Assembly (NCBI GenBank): GCA_963843795.1
Contig: CAWJLW010000006.1
Span: 124,001 to 188,000, forward strand
Source of the DNA: an uncultured bacterium
GTDB taxonomy: Bacteria; Armatimonadota; Abditibacteriia; Abditibacteriales; Abditibacteriaceae
DNA length: 64,000 nucleotides
Direction: 5' to 3'
Shown here: positions 19,730 through 30,134 of the stretch, piece after piece
Numbering within the stretch: position 1 is the first letter of the stretch
Layout of the letters: the number at the start of each line of letters is the position of its first letter
Made by a program: the position numbers and the translations under genes
Notes under the pieces: model-generated
The model's input: the letters and a program-made list of their open reading frames with translations, nothing else
Databases searched by the model: none
Told to the model about the DNA's origin: nothing

Positions 19730-20341
19730 ATGAAATTTTGGCTTCCCCTCGCGCTCGGCGCGCTGTTTTTTACCGCTCATTCGGCTGTAGCAAAAGATGC
19801 GACCAAAGATTCACTAAAAGATTCACCAAAAGTTGATGCGCGCTTTGAGCGCATGAGTTACACGATGTTGCCCGACGATAATCCCACGCACGCAGAAAAA
19901 ATCGCTGAAGTGAAAAAAGCGATGGATGACGCCGTTGCCCTTTATAATGCGCTGGGCGTTTTCGGTAAGCAGATCACTGCCAGCTACAATCCCAAAACTC
20001 CGACTGCCGATGGCAATTACAACGGCAACATTCGTTTTGGCGGACAAATCGGGCGCCGCACCGCGCTGCATGAATTGGGTCACGTTCTGGGCGTGGGCAC
20101 TTACCAGAAGTGGAACGAATTGATGGTCGATGGCAAATGGACGGGGCCACACGCCTTAGCGCAATTGCGCGCTTTCGATGGGCCGGACGCGGTTTTACAC
20201 GGCGACCGTCAGCATTTCTGGCCTTATGGTTTGAACTACGAAAAAGAATCCAGCCCGGAAAATGATCGCCGGCACGTTTTGATGGTCGCCGCGTTTCGCC
20301 GCGATATGGGAATTGATAGCAAAGAAGACGACCAAAAATGA
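19730..20341 (+). CDS. Secreted putative zinc metallopeptidase-like protein
   Basis: Signal peptide; HELGH..GVG (HExxH), HFWPYGLNY. Confidence 0.7.
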   Translation: MKFWLPLALGALFFTAHSAVAKDATKDSLKDSPKVDARFERMSYTMLPDDNPTHAEKIAEVKKAMDDAVALYNALGVFGKQITASYNPKTPTADGNYNGNIRFGGQIGRRTALHELGHVLGVGTYQKWNELMVDGKWTGPHALAQLRAFDGPDAVLHGDRQHFWPYGLNYEKESSPENDRRHVLMVAAFRRDMGIDSKEDDQK

Positions 20342-20348
20342 TCTCGAG

Positions 20349-20385
20349 AATAAAAGCGCCACAGAAATTCTGTGGCGCTTTTATT
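20349..20385. terminator. Bidirectional intrinsic terminator
   Basis: AATAAAAGCGCCACAGAA-a-TTCTGTGGCGCTTTTATT between convergent genes. Confidence 0.75.
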
Positions 20386-20396
20386 TTTGCCCTGTC

Positions 20397-20663
20397 TCAA
20401 TTAATTTTCCCGTGCGCACGCAGAGTTTTCATCAGCGTTTCGTCGTCGGGGTGCACCATCACATCGTCGCCGATTTCATATGTCGGGCGAATCGCGCGGC
20501 CATTATTCCAACCAGCAATTTTCTCTTCGGCGGCTTTATCGGCATCGACGTCCACGTAACGATATTCGATGCCCAAACCTTTCATGCGCTTAAAGGCGCG
20601 CTGCGTCCATCCGCACCACGTCGAGCCGTAGATAATCACTTCTTCTGCATTGTTTTCGTTCAT
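20397..20663 (-). CDS. Glutaredoxin/NrdH/mycoredoxin-like protein (CGWT)
   Basis: IYGSTWCGWT, YRYVDVD, NNG....PT; 88 aa. Confidence 0.75.
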   Translation of the reverse strand: MNENNAEEVIIYGSTWCGWTQRAFKRMKGLGIEYRYVDVDADKAAEEKIAGWNNGRAIRPTYEIGDDVMVHPDDETLMKTLRAHGKIN

Positions 20664-20708
20664 ATTTTCTCCTGCAAGTACTTGCAGCGTGGTTTTACGC
20701 TCGTCCGT

Positions 20709-21038
20709 TTACGATCCTAAAACGGCATCGATTTTCTGGATCAATTGCGTTTCGCTCAGGCCACCGGCACTTTGATCGACGATTTCGCCATCTTTGAAAA
20801 AAGTTAAATTTGGAATCATGCCCACACCATAACGCAGCGATAGTTCTTGGTTGTCGTCAATATCGCACTTCAAAATTTTGACGCGGCCCTCGTATTTTGC
20901 GGCCACGCGATCTAGAATTGGGGTCAGCGCTCGACACGGTGAACACCACGGTGCCCAAAAATCGACGATAACCGGCTCGCCCGCTTGCAAAACCTGTTCT
21001 TCCCATTCGTTTTCATTGACCACTAAAGCCTTCGCCAT
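20709..21038 (-). CDS. trxA: Thioredoxin
   Basis: VDFWAPWCSPC, 109 aa. Confidence 0.9.
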   Translation of the reverse strand: MAKALVVNENEWEEQVLQAGEPVIVDFWAPWCSPCRALTPILDRVAAKYEGRVKILKCDIDDNQELSLRYGVGMIPNLTFFKDGEIVDQSAGGLSETQLIQKIDAVLGS

Positions 21039-21183
21039 TATTCAATTGCTCCTCGATGAAAATTTCGACTAACTTCGCCCCGACGCCAACTCTCCAAAAG
21101 CGTTCCGGCCCACTGCAAGTACTTGCCACGCGCTTTTGATGTAAAAATAAGAACTTCACTGCCAATTTATAAAGGAAGAAATC

Positions 21184-22992
21184 ATGTCCACACTCACCAC
21201 TTTGAAACCCGTCAATCGCTTGCGCGGCGCCTTGCCCAAAATTGGTATTCGCCCGACCATCGACGGACGTTTGGGCGGCGTGCGCGAATCTTTAGAAGAA
21301 CGCACCATGAACATGGCGCGCGCAACGGCACGCTTGATCGAAGAAAATTTGCGCCATGCTTGTGGCTTGCCGGTCGAAATCGTGATCGCAGAAACCACTA
21401 TCGGCGGTGTTTCCGAAGCCGCGCAGTGCGCCGCCTTATTCGAGCGCGAAAACGTCGGCGTTTCTCTCACCGTGACGCCATGTTGGTGCTACGGCAGCGA
21501 AACCATGGACATGAATCCGCTCACGCCCAAAGCCGTGTGGGGCTTCAATGGCACCGAGCGGCCGGGCGCAGTTTATCTGGCCGCAGTTTTGGCGTCTCAC
21601 GCGCAAAAAGGTTTGCCCGCGTTTGGCATTTACGGGCACGAAGTGCAGGACAGCGATGACGAAAGCGTGCCAGACGATGTGCAGGAAAAAATCTTGCGCT
21701 TTTGTCGCGCCGGTTTGGCCGCAGCCACGATGCGCGGCGGCAGTTATCTGGCGATGGGCGGCGTTTCGATGGGCATCGGCGGCTCGATTGTCGATCAAAG
21801 TTTTTTCGAAGAATTTCTGGGAATGCGCGTCGAAACCGTTGATATGAGCGAATTCTCGCGCCGCTTGGAAGACGAAATTTACGACCGCGACGAATATGCA
21901 CGCGCTCTGGAATGGGTAAAAGCCAATTGTCCCGAAGGTGAGGATGTGAATGATGAGGACAAACAGCGCACGCGCGAGCAAAAAGACGAAGATTGGGCGA
22001 CGTGCGTCCAAATGGCACTCATCGCGCGCGATTTGATGAATGGTAATCCCAAACTCAAAGAAATGGGCTTTGGCGAAGAAAGCGAAGGCCATAACGCGCT
22101 CGCGGGCGGCTTTCAAGGCCAGCGCCAGTGGACGGATTATCGGCCCAACGGCGATTTTCTGGAAGCGATTTTAAATTCCAGCTTCGATTGGAATGGCATT
22201 CGTCAGCCTTACACCATCGCGACCGAAAACGACGCCTTGAATGGCGCTTCGATGCTGTGGGGCCATCTACTAACTCAAGGCCAGGCGCAACTGTTCGCCG
22301 ATGTGCGCACTTATTGGAGTTTGGAAGCTGTCGGTCGTGTGACCGGTCACACGCTTGAAGGCCGCGCCGAAAATGGCATTTTGCATTTAATTAACAGCGG
22401 CCCGGCGGCTTTGGATTGGACGGGCGAAATGGAAATCAATGGCCAGCCCGCTTTGAAAGCCTGGCCCGAAATCACCGATGAAGATGCGCAGAAATGCTTG
22501 GATGCCACGAAGTGGTGCGCTTCGGATTTGGGTTATTTTCCGCGCGGCGGCTGGAGCACCGATTTCACCACGCGCGGCGAAATGCCAGTCACAATGTTCC
22601 GCATCAATCTGGTGAAACATCTTGGCCCGGTCTTGCAAATCGCCGAAGGCTGGACAATTAATTTGCCCGAAGACGTGCATCAAAAATTAGATGCGCGCAC
22701 CAATCCAACGTGGCCGACAACGTGGTTCGCGCCGATTCTGAACGGCGTTGGCCCGTTCGTCGATGTTTACAGCGTGATGAACGCGTGGGGCGCCAACCAC
22801 GGCGCGATTTCCTACGGCCACATCGGTGCCGATTTAATTGCGCTCGCTGCGATTTTGCGCGTGCCCGTCGATATGCACAACGTGAGCGCCGAGCGCGTGT
22901 TTCGCCCTGCGGTGTGGAATCGTTTTGGTGCGATGGAAGCCCAAGATGGCGATTATCGCGCGTGCGCGGCGTATGGACCGTTGTATCGTTGA
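21184..22992 (+). CDS. fucI: L-fucose isomerase
   Basis: [48 protein letters not shown]. Confidence 0.97.
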   Translation: MSTLTTLKPVNRLRGALPKIGIRPTIDGRLGGVRESLEERTMNMARATARLIEENLRHACGLPVEIVIAETTIGGVSEAAQCAALFERENVGVSLTVTPCWCYGSETMDMNPLTPKAVWGFNGTERPGAVYLAAVLASHAQKGLPAFGIYGHEVQDSDDESVPDDVQEKILRFCRAGLAAATMRGGSYLAMGGVSMGIGGSIVDQSFFEEFLGMRVETVDMSEFSRRLEDEIYDRDEYARALEWVKANCPEGEDVNDEDKQRTREQKDEDWATCVQMALIARDLMNGNPKLKEMGFGEESEGHNALAGGFQGQRQWTDYRPNGDFLEAILNSSFDWNGIRQPYTIATENDALNGASMLWGHLLTQGQAQLFADVRTYWSLEAVGRVTGHTLEGRAENGILHLINSGPAALDWTGEMEINGQPALKAWPEITDEDAQKCLDATKWCASDLGYFPRGGWSTDFTTRGEMPVTMFRINLVKHLGPVLQIAEGWTINLPEDVHQKLDARTNPTWPTTWFAPILNGVGPFVDVYSVMNAWGANHGAISYGHIGADLIALAAILRVPVDMHNVSAERVFRPAVWNRFGAMEAQDGDYRACAAYGPLYR

Positions 22993-23003
22993 AATTGAGT
23001 GTT

Positions 23004-23051
23004 GACCAGTAGAAGTGTTCTGCAAGTACTTGCAGAACACTTCTACTGGTC
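23004..23051. repeat. 48-bp perfect palindrome with the iterated core, overlapping the stop of the convergent gene
   Basis: GACCAGTAGAAGTGTTCTGCAAGT|ACTTGCAGAACACTTCTACTGGTC. Confidence 0.9.
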
Positions 23052-23741
23052 GAAAAGTGGCAGAGACCACGATTGTTGAAGCTGTGAATACGACTGGTTT
23101 TTGACGTGTCCATCGGCGAACAGCACGTTGTAACGTTTCATCAATGGCGTCAATGTGCCGTGCCATTGTCCAACACCATCGTAGAGCAGATTCAATTCTG
23201 CTGGATGTGTGACGTTGGAATCGTGGGCGTGGCGCGCAGCGACTTCGGTACGATAGTAGTAGCTGGTGCCGAATTTCTCGAAACTTGATGGCGTGACATT
23301 GGTTGGTGCGTTGCTCCAATCGCGCACTTCAAAGCCCGTATCAGCAGGGCACTGGAAGATTTGGGTGGAGCGAGCATAAGGTTGCAAGACCTCGTGTACC
23401 ATGCCCAGCGATGGAATCGCCGCGCTAAATTGCGGATACCGGCTCCATATCAGGGGTGACGCACGATCTGTTGGATCAATGGCGTAGGGATAGTAGCCGT
23501 CATAGTCGCTCATGTACTGCGCCACTGCGACGCCGATTTGCCGCAGATGCGAATTGCACACGAGTTGACGGGCACTGCCGCGTGCGGTCATCAAAACCGG
23601 CAACAGCAAAGCGGCCAGTAAGCTGATGATGGCCAGCACGAAAAGCAGTTCGACCAGTGAAAAGGCGCGCACGCGAACGTATCGCGTGCGCGCCTTTAGG
23701 TTGGTTTTGAGATTGTGATGTGTGCGATTGGATGACATCAT
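23043..23741 (-). CDS. Prepilin-type N-terminal cleavage/methylation protein with DUF1559 and H-X-DG motif
   Basis: AFSLVELLFVLAIISLLAALLLPV..ARGSAR...CNSHLRQIG; YNVLFADGHVK. Confidence 0.88.
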   Translation of the reverse strand: MMSSNRTHHNLKTNLKARTRYVRVRAFSLVELLFVLAIISLLAALLLPVLMTARGSARQLVCNSHLRQIGVAVAQYMSDYDGYYPYAIDPTDRASPLIWSRYPQFSAAIPSLGMVHEVLQPYARSTQIFQCPADTGFEVRDWSNAPTNVTPSSFEKFGTSYYYRTEVAARHAHDSNVTHPAELNLLYDGVGQWHGTLTPLMKRYNVLFADGHVKNQSYSQLQQSWSLPLFDQ

Positions 23742-23745
23742 TGCA

Positions 23746-24100
23746 CTATACCTCTATTGGCTCGCAGTTACCCGTGCCTGAACATATACGATCTGGCACA
23801 GAGCCACGGAAGTACTCGACTAACCATGACCCTTGCTGGATGCTGTCTTTTTCACAAGTTATCCAGCGGGACTCATACACAGCACCAAGTTACTCCGTCG
23901 TATGTATTCACATGGGACGTATAGAATGTGCCCGATGCATGCACGGGTTCCCAACCCTCTGGACAAACATTTGAAGAGCCAATCACGTTGGGGCATGGTG
24001 CTGGATCATCTGCGTAACCCGTTCTGGTGTTTGACAGAATGAAAATCACAGCAAGCAAAGGCAGAAATGCCAGCAGGACGAAGTTTGCTTTACGAATCAT
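23746..24100 (-). CDS. Small secreted Cys-rich protein (75 aa as given; ~118 aa if a frameshift at ~23878 is corrected)
   Basis: Signal peptide, AGGAG RBS; alternate frame continues VYESRWITC..RICSGTGNCEPIEV* to just before the next start. Confidence 0.55.
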
Positions 24101-24112
24101 AATCTTGTCTCC

Positions 24113-24838
24113 TCACTTTGTGGTTTTAGTCTCCACCTGAACCGGAGCCTGAAAGAAGTCGTAGGGGGGCACCACTTCTTCGTCAATGGTGGCTACTCCT
24201 CTTTCACCCGAAATGCGATTGGGGGCGGTAGTCAGTTCGTGTCGCGTAATACGTCCACTGGCCCACAATCTAACGCCCCAACCACCAGAGTTCACGGAGT
24301 TGGTGACGCTCATATCGCGGTAGTCGTGGAATTCCTGCAACCGCTGATTTTTCATCTGCCGAATCGATCTGGTGAGCGTTTCGCCTTGTTTGGCGTAATC
24401 AGCAGGCTGAGCAAGTTTCTCTATGAACCCCCAGGAAAAAGGTGGTTCTCCCTTGAGGTCATCTCTGTAAGAAATGCCCGCGGTTTGGGCACTCTTGGGA
24501 ATGGCATCGAACACCGCTTGCAGTGCGGCTTCATCTGTGGGTTGAGCGCTCAGCATCCGCTGAATGATCTCCTTGTGCGAGGCAGCCCACGGGCGAAACT
24601 TTTCGCGCAATTCTTTGGCACGCCCAATTGCTATTTCGGTGCGGGCCGCTTCGACTTCGGGATCGTAGCCCGGCGGTCGTTGCAACCCATCGGGCGTGTA
24701 ATATTTCTTTTCCGTGGCTGCGACGGCTGTGGCCCGATTTTGCAGGTAAAAGAAGCTGCCACCGATACCCGCAGCCAAGGCAAACATGGCTGCTGCAACC
24801 ATGACCAAGCGCTGATTCTGCGTCTTTTCTGTCTTCAT
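24113..24838 (-). CDS. Hypothetical membrane-anchored protein
   Basis: 241-aa ORF, N-terminal TM helix, GGAGG RBS. Confidence 0.7.
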   Translation of the reverse strand: MKTEKTQNQRLVMVAAAMFALAAGIGGSFFYLQNRATAVAATEKKYYTPDGLQRPPGYDPEVEAARTEIAIGRAKELREKFRPWAASHKEIIQRMLSAQPTDEAALQAVFDAIPKSAQTAGISYRDDLKGEPPFSWGFIEKLAQPADYAKQGETLTRSIRQMKNQRLQEFHDYRDMSVTNSVNSGGWGVRLWASGRITRHELTTAPNRISGERGVATIDEEVVPPYDFFQAPVQVETKTTK

Positions 24839-24853
24839 GACATTTCCGACCTC

Positions 24854-25308
24854 CTAATCAAAGAAAGATGCGGGTGGCATCCCACTCTGAAGTTTCTTGA
24901 CGACCCTTCCGTTGCGAATTAGAAGAACGTCACTTGATCTTTGGGACTGAGAGATTGAACAACCTCCTTTTTGACATTGAACAGGAAAGTACAGCGTGAG
25001 CTGGGGAGTGCCTTTTTCAAAGTACTCAATTGTGGGTTGGGCTGGGCGCTAACCACCAGCACTTGTAAGCCATGGGTCGCGCCCATGCTAATCCATTCCG
25101 CTACCAGCAGGCCACAACCACAATCATCAGCGGGCACAGAAAGCAGCAAGGTATTGGGATACCGGCTCCAATTGTAACCGGCAATTTGCGGCGGCAGGTT
25201 CGCAGTCGCGGCATGATACGACCCAACCGCTAATGCCGAACTGACAAGAAGTAAGAAAATTAACAACCCTCGACTGCCTGCGATACGAGACCAACGACTT
25301 GTACTCAC
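24854..25308 (-). CDS. Membrane-anchored thioredoxin-fold-like hypothetical protein, probable frameshift near 24922
   Basis: AGGAGG RBS + GTG; DDCGCG motif; shifted frame gives LIRNGRVVKKLQSGMPPASFFD* ending at the next RBS. Confidence 0.45.
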
Positions 25309-25459
25309 GAACCCACCTCCTACGCCGGAAAACGAAGATACGGAAAGCGAAGATACGGAAATCTCGCTTACATATCCAGTACACACCATAAGTCATATTC
25401 GGTATGCAAGTTTTTTTGACAAAAGCAAAGAGTACCTTTTTGGGGTTTAACTTTCCGGC

Positions 25460-25495
25460 AAAAACCGCGCTGCAAGTACTTGCAGCGCGGTTTTT
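25460..25495. repeat. 36-bp perfect palindrome with the iterated core
   Basis: AAAAACCGCGCTGCAAGTACTTGCAGCGCGGTTTTT between divergent genes. Confidence 0.9.
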
Positions 25496-25525
25496 TCGTG
25501 CGGCGATTTATGGCATCATGAAAGT

Positions 25526-25822
25526 ATGAAAAAGAAAAAATCATCCGCGAAAATTGTCCTCGGCGTGGTGAGCGGAGCTTTGGCTGCCGGAGCCGCTGGC
25601 TGCGCGCGCAATGCTTACGATCAAAACGGCAATAACGCTGTCGGGCGCGCATACGGCGGCGGTGGTTACTACGGCGGCACGCGCATTCGTCCCGGAATTG
25701 GCACGGGCTTTAGCAGCGGCACGATGCGTTCCAGTCCGGGAACTGGTTCGGTGCAATCCAGCCCGCGCGGCGGTTTCGGCTCAACCGGACGCAGCGGTGG
25801 CGGCTTCTTTTCCGGCAGCTAA
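25526..25822 (+). CDS. Gly/Ser-rich lipoprotein (YgiB/DUF1190-like partner of the ATP-grasp ligase)
   Basis: Lipobox AAGC; C-terminal RGGFGSTGRSGGGFFSGS. Confidence 0.7.
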   Translation: MKKKKSSAKIVLGVVSGALAAGAAGCARNAYDQNGNNAVGRAYGGGGYYGGTRIRPGIGTGFSSGTMRSSPGTGSVQSSPRGGFGSTGRSGGGFFSGS

Positions 25823-25847
25823 AACAGTTAGCCAAAACCCTCAAATT

Positions 25848-27011
25848 ATGCGAAGAATTTCCATCACGCCACGTGCTGGCTGGCAGCGCACCATCGAATC
25901 GCAAGGTCTCACTTTCGCGCGCGCCGACGAAAAAATTTACTGGGAAGAAAGCGCATTTTATGCTTTTTCTCGCTTGCAAATCGAGCGCATCGAAGCCGCG
26001 TCCGATGCTTTGAACGAAATGTGTCTGCAAGCCGTGCAGGTCGTGATCGACGAAGACTTGTGGGGCGAATTTGCGATTCCGCAAAAGTTCGTGCCTTGGG
26101 TCAAGCAATCGTGGGAAACCGACGAGCAAACGATTTACGGGCGCTTCGATTTCGTTTACAACGGGCGCGATGAACCCAAACTTTTGGAATACAACGCCGA
26201 CACGCCGACTTCTTTGCTCGAAGCAGCGGTGATTCAGTGGTTCTGGCTGCAAGATTGGAAAGAAACGCCTTCGGCGCAAGACATTTTGCACGAAATCGGC
26301 GCGGTCGATTGGGATCAGTTCAACATGATGCACGAGCGCTTGATCGAAGCGTGGGCGCCGTTCAAAAATCAAACGATTTACTTCAGCGCGATTGATATCG
26401 CGCCCGAAGATGTCGCGACCGTCGATTATCTGCGCGAAACTGCCGCGCAAGCGGGCGTGAAAACCGAACTTTTGCCGGTTCATCGCATCGGCTGGAATCG
26501 CAATCGCCGAGTTTTTGTCGATGCCTTCGAGCGGCCCATTGAACGCGTTTTTAAGTTGTATCCGTGGGAATGGATGCTGCGCGAACCGTTCGGCGCGCAA
26601 CTGCCGCAAGCCAAAACGCGCTGGCTCGAAGCGCCGTGGAAAATGCTTTTGTCCAACAAAGCGCTTTTGCCATTGCTGTGGCGCATGTTTCCCGAAAGCC
26701 CGTATTTGCTGCGCGCGGAATGGCGACCGTGGAGCGACACTTATGTGTGCAAACCGATTTTCGCGCGCGAAGGCAACAATATTCGCGTGGTCGAAAACAA
26801 TCGCATTTTGCACCAGACTGGCGGCCCATATGAAGGCGGCCCGATGATTTATCAGGAATGGTGCCCGCTGCCGGAATTCGATGGCTCGTTCGCGGTTGTC
26901 GGCTCGTGGATGGTGAACGGTTACAGCGCGGGCATCGGCATTCGCGAAGACAGTTTGCGCATCACCGGCAACGATTGCCGCTTCGTGCCGCACGCGTTTT
27001 GGAATGCTTGA
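25848..27011 (+). CDS. Glutathionylspermidine synthase family ATP-grasp protein (YgiC/YjfC-like)
   Basis: [45 protein letters not shown]. Confidence 0.93.
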   Translation: MRRISITPRAGWQRTIESQGLTFARADEKIYWEESAFYAFSRLQIERIEAASDALNEMCLQAVQVVIDEDLWGEFAIPQKFVPWVKQSWETDEQTIYGRFDFVYNGRDEPKLLEYNADTPTSLLEAAVIQWFWLQDWKETPSAQDILHEIGAVDWDQFNMMHERLIEAWAPFKNQTIYFSAIDIAPEDVATVDYLRETAAQAGVKTELLPVHRIGWNRNRRVFVDAFERPIERVFKLYPWEWMLREPFGAQLPQAKTRWLEAPWKMLLSNKALLPLLWRMFPESPYLLRAEWRPWSDTYVCKPIFAREGNNIRVVENNRILHQTGGPYEGGPMIYQEWCPLPEFDGSFAVVGSWMVNGYSAGIGIREDSLRITGNDCRFVPHAFWNA

Positions 27012-27022
27012 ATATTGAAAGG

Positions 27023-27056
27023 AAACGCGCACTGCAAGTACTTGCAGTGCGCGTTT
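27023..27056. terminator. 34-bp perfect palindrome with the iterated core
   Basis: AAACGCGCACTGCAAGTACTTGCAGTGCGCGTTT after the stop codon. Confidence 0.7.
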
Positions 27057-27133
27057 TGCTGTCGGAAAAGCGTTATCGTGATAAATTGTTAAAGCGCCTT
27101 CGCGCCAATAACCTAAAATTAACACGAGAAATT

Positions 27134-28225
27134 ATGAGTTTGAAATGTGGCATCGTCGGTTTGCCCAATGTCGGAAAAAGCACGCTTTTTAACGCGCTGA
27201 CCAAAGCTGGAATTCCCGCCGAAAATTATCCGTTTTGCACCATCGAACCCAACGTCGGCATCGTCGAAGTGCCCGACGAACGCCTGCAAAAATTGACTGA
27301 AATGGTCAAGCCGCAGCGCACTTTAGTGGCGACAACTGAGTTTGTCGATATTGCCGGCTTGGTCAAAGGCGCGTCGCAGGGCGAAGGTTTGGGCAATCAA
27401 TTTCTGGCCAACATTCGCAACACCGACGCCATCGCCCACGTCGTGCGCTGCTTCCAAGACCCCGATGTGGTTCATGTTTCGGGCACAATCGACCCGATTT
27501 CTGATATCGAAGTTATCAACACCGAATTGGCTTTGGCCGATTTATCGACGGTGGAAAAAACCATCACGCGCACCCAGAAAGCGGCCAAAGGCGGCGACAA
27601 AGAAGCGGCTGCGCTGATGCAAGTTTTGCCGCGCGTGCAAGAATGTTTGAACGATGGCCGCGCCGTGCGCTCGTTAGATTTAAGTCGCGATGAATTGAAA
27701 ACTTTGCAGCCTTTGAATCTTATTACGGCCAAACCGACGATGTATCTGGCGAATGTCGATGAAAGCAAAATGGATGACAATCCGCTGTTGCAACGGGTGC
27801 GTGAATATGCCGCGCAAGAAAACGCGCCTGTTGTGCCGATTTGCGCGGCTCTGGAATCGGAAATCATTGACATGAGCGATGAAGAAAAGATGGAATTCCT
27901 GAGCGAACTGGGTTTGGAAGAGCCCGGTTTGAACCGCGTGATTCGCGCGGGCTATGCACTGATGGGCTTGCAGACTTATTTCACGGCGGGCGAAAAAGAA
28001 GTGCGCGCGTGGACAATTCAAGTCGGTGATACCGCGCCTCAAGCCGCGGGCGTAATTCACACCGATTTCGAGCGCGGTTTCATTCGCGCCGAAGTGACGG
28101 CCTATGACGATTACGTTTCTCTGGGTGGCGAAGCGGGCGCGAAAAAAGCCGGCCGCCTGCGCGTCGAGGGCAAAGAATATATCGTGAAAGATGGTGACGT
28201 GATGCACTTCCGTTTCAGCGTGTGA
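27134..28225 (+). CDS. ychF: Redox-regulated ATPase YchF
   Basis: [59 protein letters not shown]. Confidence 0.98.
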   Translation: MSLKCGIVGLPNVGKSTLFNALTKAGIPAENYPFCTIEPNVGIVEVPDERLQKLTEMVKPQRTLVATTEFVDIAGLVKGASQGEGLGNQFLANIRNTDAIAHVVRCFQDPDVVHVSGTIDPISDIEVINTELALADLSTVEKTITRTQKAAKGGDKEAAALMQVLPRVQECLNDGRAVRSLDLSRDELKTLQPLNLITAKPTMYLANVDESKMDDNPLLQRVREYAAQENAPVVPICAALESEIIDMSDEEKMEFLSELGLEEPGLNRVIRAGYALMGLQTYFTAGEKEVRAWTIQVGDTAPQAAGVIHTDFERGFIRAEVTAYDDYVSLGGEAGAKKAGRLRVEGKEYIVKDGDVMHFRFSV

Positions 28226-28454
28226 TTGCGAAACGTGTTGCAAGTACTTGCAGGTATGCTGCGAAAGCGGTTTAAAATTGAAAGCGATGTGCAATTTCTC
28301 GATTCGAATTATTTCGCCCGCAGCGTGCGCTGTGGAGCGTTGATTCGTGTCGATTTTCAACTCGCTCCCAAGCCCGCTGCAAGTACTTGCAGCGGGCTTT
28401 TTTGTGTCTAATTTACTCACTAATCTCTGCACTTTGCGTGAAAGCAAAAACATT

Positions 28455-30074
28455 ATGAAAAAAATACAAATCTACGACACTACCTTGCGCGATGGCGCGC
28501 AGGCTGAAGGCATCTCGTTTTCGGTCGCCGACAAGTTTAAAATCGCACGCGCCTTGGACGATTTCGGCGTCGATTTCATCGAAGGCGGCTGGCCCGGCTC
28601 CAATCCCAAAGATGTCGAATTTTTCGACCTGGCCAAAACCTACGATTGGAAACACGCCCAACTCGCCGCCTTTACCATGACGCGACGCGCCAATATCCGC
28701 GTGGAAGACGACGCCAATTTACAAACCATCATCGCCGCGCAAACGCCCGTCGTGACTGTTGTCGGCAAATCGTGGGATTTTCATGTCGAACGCGCGTTGC
28801 GAGTTCCGCTGGACGAAAACTTGCGCATGATCGAAGACAGCGTGCGTTACGTCAAAGCGCAAGGTCGCCGCGTTTTCTATATCGCCGAGCATTTTTTCGA
28901 TGCCTTCGCCCAATCGCCCGAATACGCGTTCAAAACTTTGCAAGCTGCGGTCGATGGCGGCGCGGAAAGCCTTGCGTTGCCCGATACCAACGGCGGCTCG
29001 ATGCCCGAACACATCGCGCGCGGCGTGCGTGAAGTGTTGGAGCGTTTCGGTTTGCCGGTCGGCATTCACACGCATAACGATTGCGAAATGGGCGTCGCCA
29101 ATGCGCTGGCTGGCGTGCAAGCCGGAGCGATGCAAGTGCAGGGCACTGTGAACGGTTTCGGCGAACGCTGCGGCAATTGCAACCTGATTTCGACTATCGC
29201 CAACTTGCAATTGAAAATGGGTTACGAGTGTGTACCGCCCGAAAACGTCGCCAAACTGACGCATTTGTCGCACCTTGTCAACGAAGTCGCGAACTTAGTT
29301 CCCGATGATCGCCAGCCGTTTGTCGGCAAATCGGTTTTCGCGCACAAAGGCGGAATGCACGTCGATGCGGTGCAAAAAGCCGGCGGGCGCGCTTACGAAC
29401 ACATCGAGCCGGAAAGTGTGGGCAATGCGCGCCGCATCTTGGTTTCCGAACTGGCCGGAACTTCCAACGTGCGCGAATTGGCGCAGACGTTCGGCGTTGA
29501 TTTGCAAAAAGGCGGGCCGGAAGCGCGCCGCGTTTTGGATGCGGTGAAGAATTTGGAAGCGCAAGGCTTTGAATTCGAGGGCGCCGAAGCCAGCTTTCAA
29601 CTGTTGGTGCAGCGCACTTTGGGGCAAGAGCAGCCGCTTTTCGAGCTGTTGGGCGCGCGCACTGTAAACGAATTGCGGCCTTCGCGCTGAGGGCGAAAAT
29701 TGGACGACCGAAGCGACCTTGAAAATCAGCGTCGAAGGTGAAATCGTCCACGTTGCTGCCGAAGGCGAGGGCCGGTTCACGCGCTGGATAATGCGATGCG
29801 CAAAGCGCTGCGCCAGTTTTATCCCGAATTGGACACCATTCGCTTGAACGATTTCAAAGTGCGCATCGTCAACACGCGCGAAGGCACAGCGGCCAAAGTG
29901 CGCGTGTTGATCGAAAGCGGCAACGAAAATAAAACGTGGTCAACGGTTGGCGTTTCGACCAACATCATCGACGCGAGTTGGCAAGCACTACGCGAAGCGT
30001 TGCAATATGGATTGACGCTGGGCGAAAGCGAGAGGGAAACAGCCAAGAACACGAAAGGGTGCAAAGATTTTTGA
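28455..30074 (+). pseudogene. cimA: Citramalate synthase, frameshifts near 29685 and 29770 (likely sequencing errors)
   Basis: YDTTLRDGAQAEG, EGGWPGSNPKD, AHKGGMH; C-terminal regulatory domain (KVRVLIES..WSTVGVS.NII.ASW.AL) in shifted frames. Confidence 0.88.
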
Positions 30075-30134
30075 AAAGCTTCTGGTCTTTCATTGAGTTT
30101 TTACAAGTTTCGCGTCCTTTGCAGTGAATTAAAC

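Noticed and set aside
23873..24100. RiPP precursor
   Set aside because: Has a Sec-type signal peptide and no adjacent RiPP maturase or transporter; more likely a frameshift-truncated secreted protein
23052..25459. Absence of the palindrome as proof of foreign origin
   Set aside because: Gaps of 2-3 kb also occur across conserved native genes (prs-glmU, fucI, glnT-gdmH), so this gap alone is not significant
25710..27125. 471-aa minus-strand ORF and other long antisense ORFs (3861-4721, 8411-9121, 9847-10722, 27680-28453)
   Set aside because: Shadows of well-supported genes on the opposite strand, with no recognisable motifs
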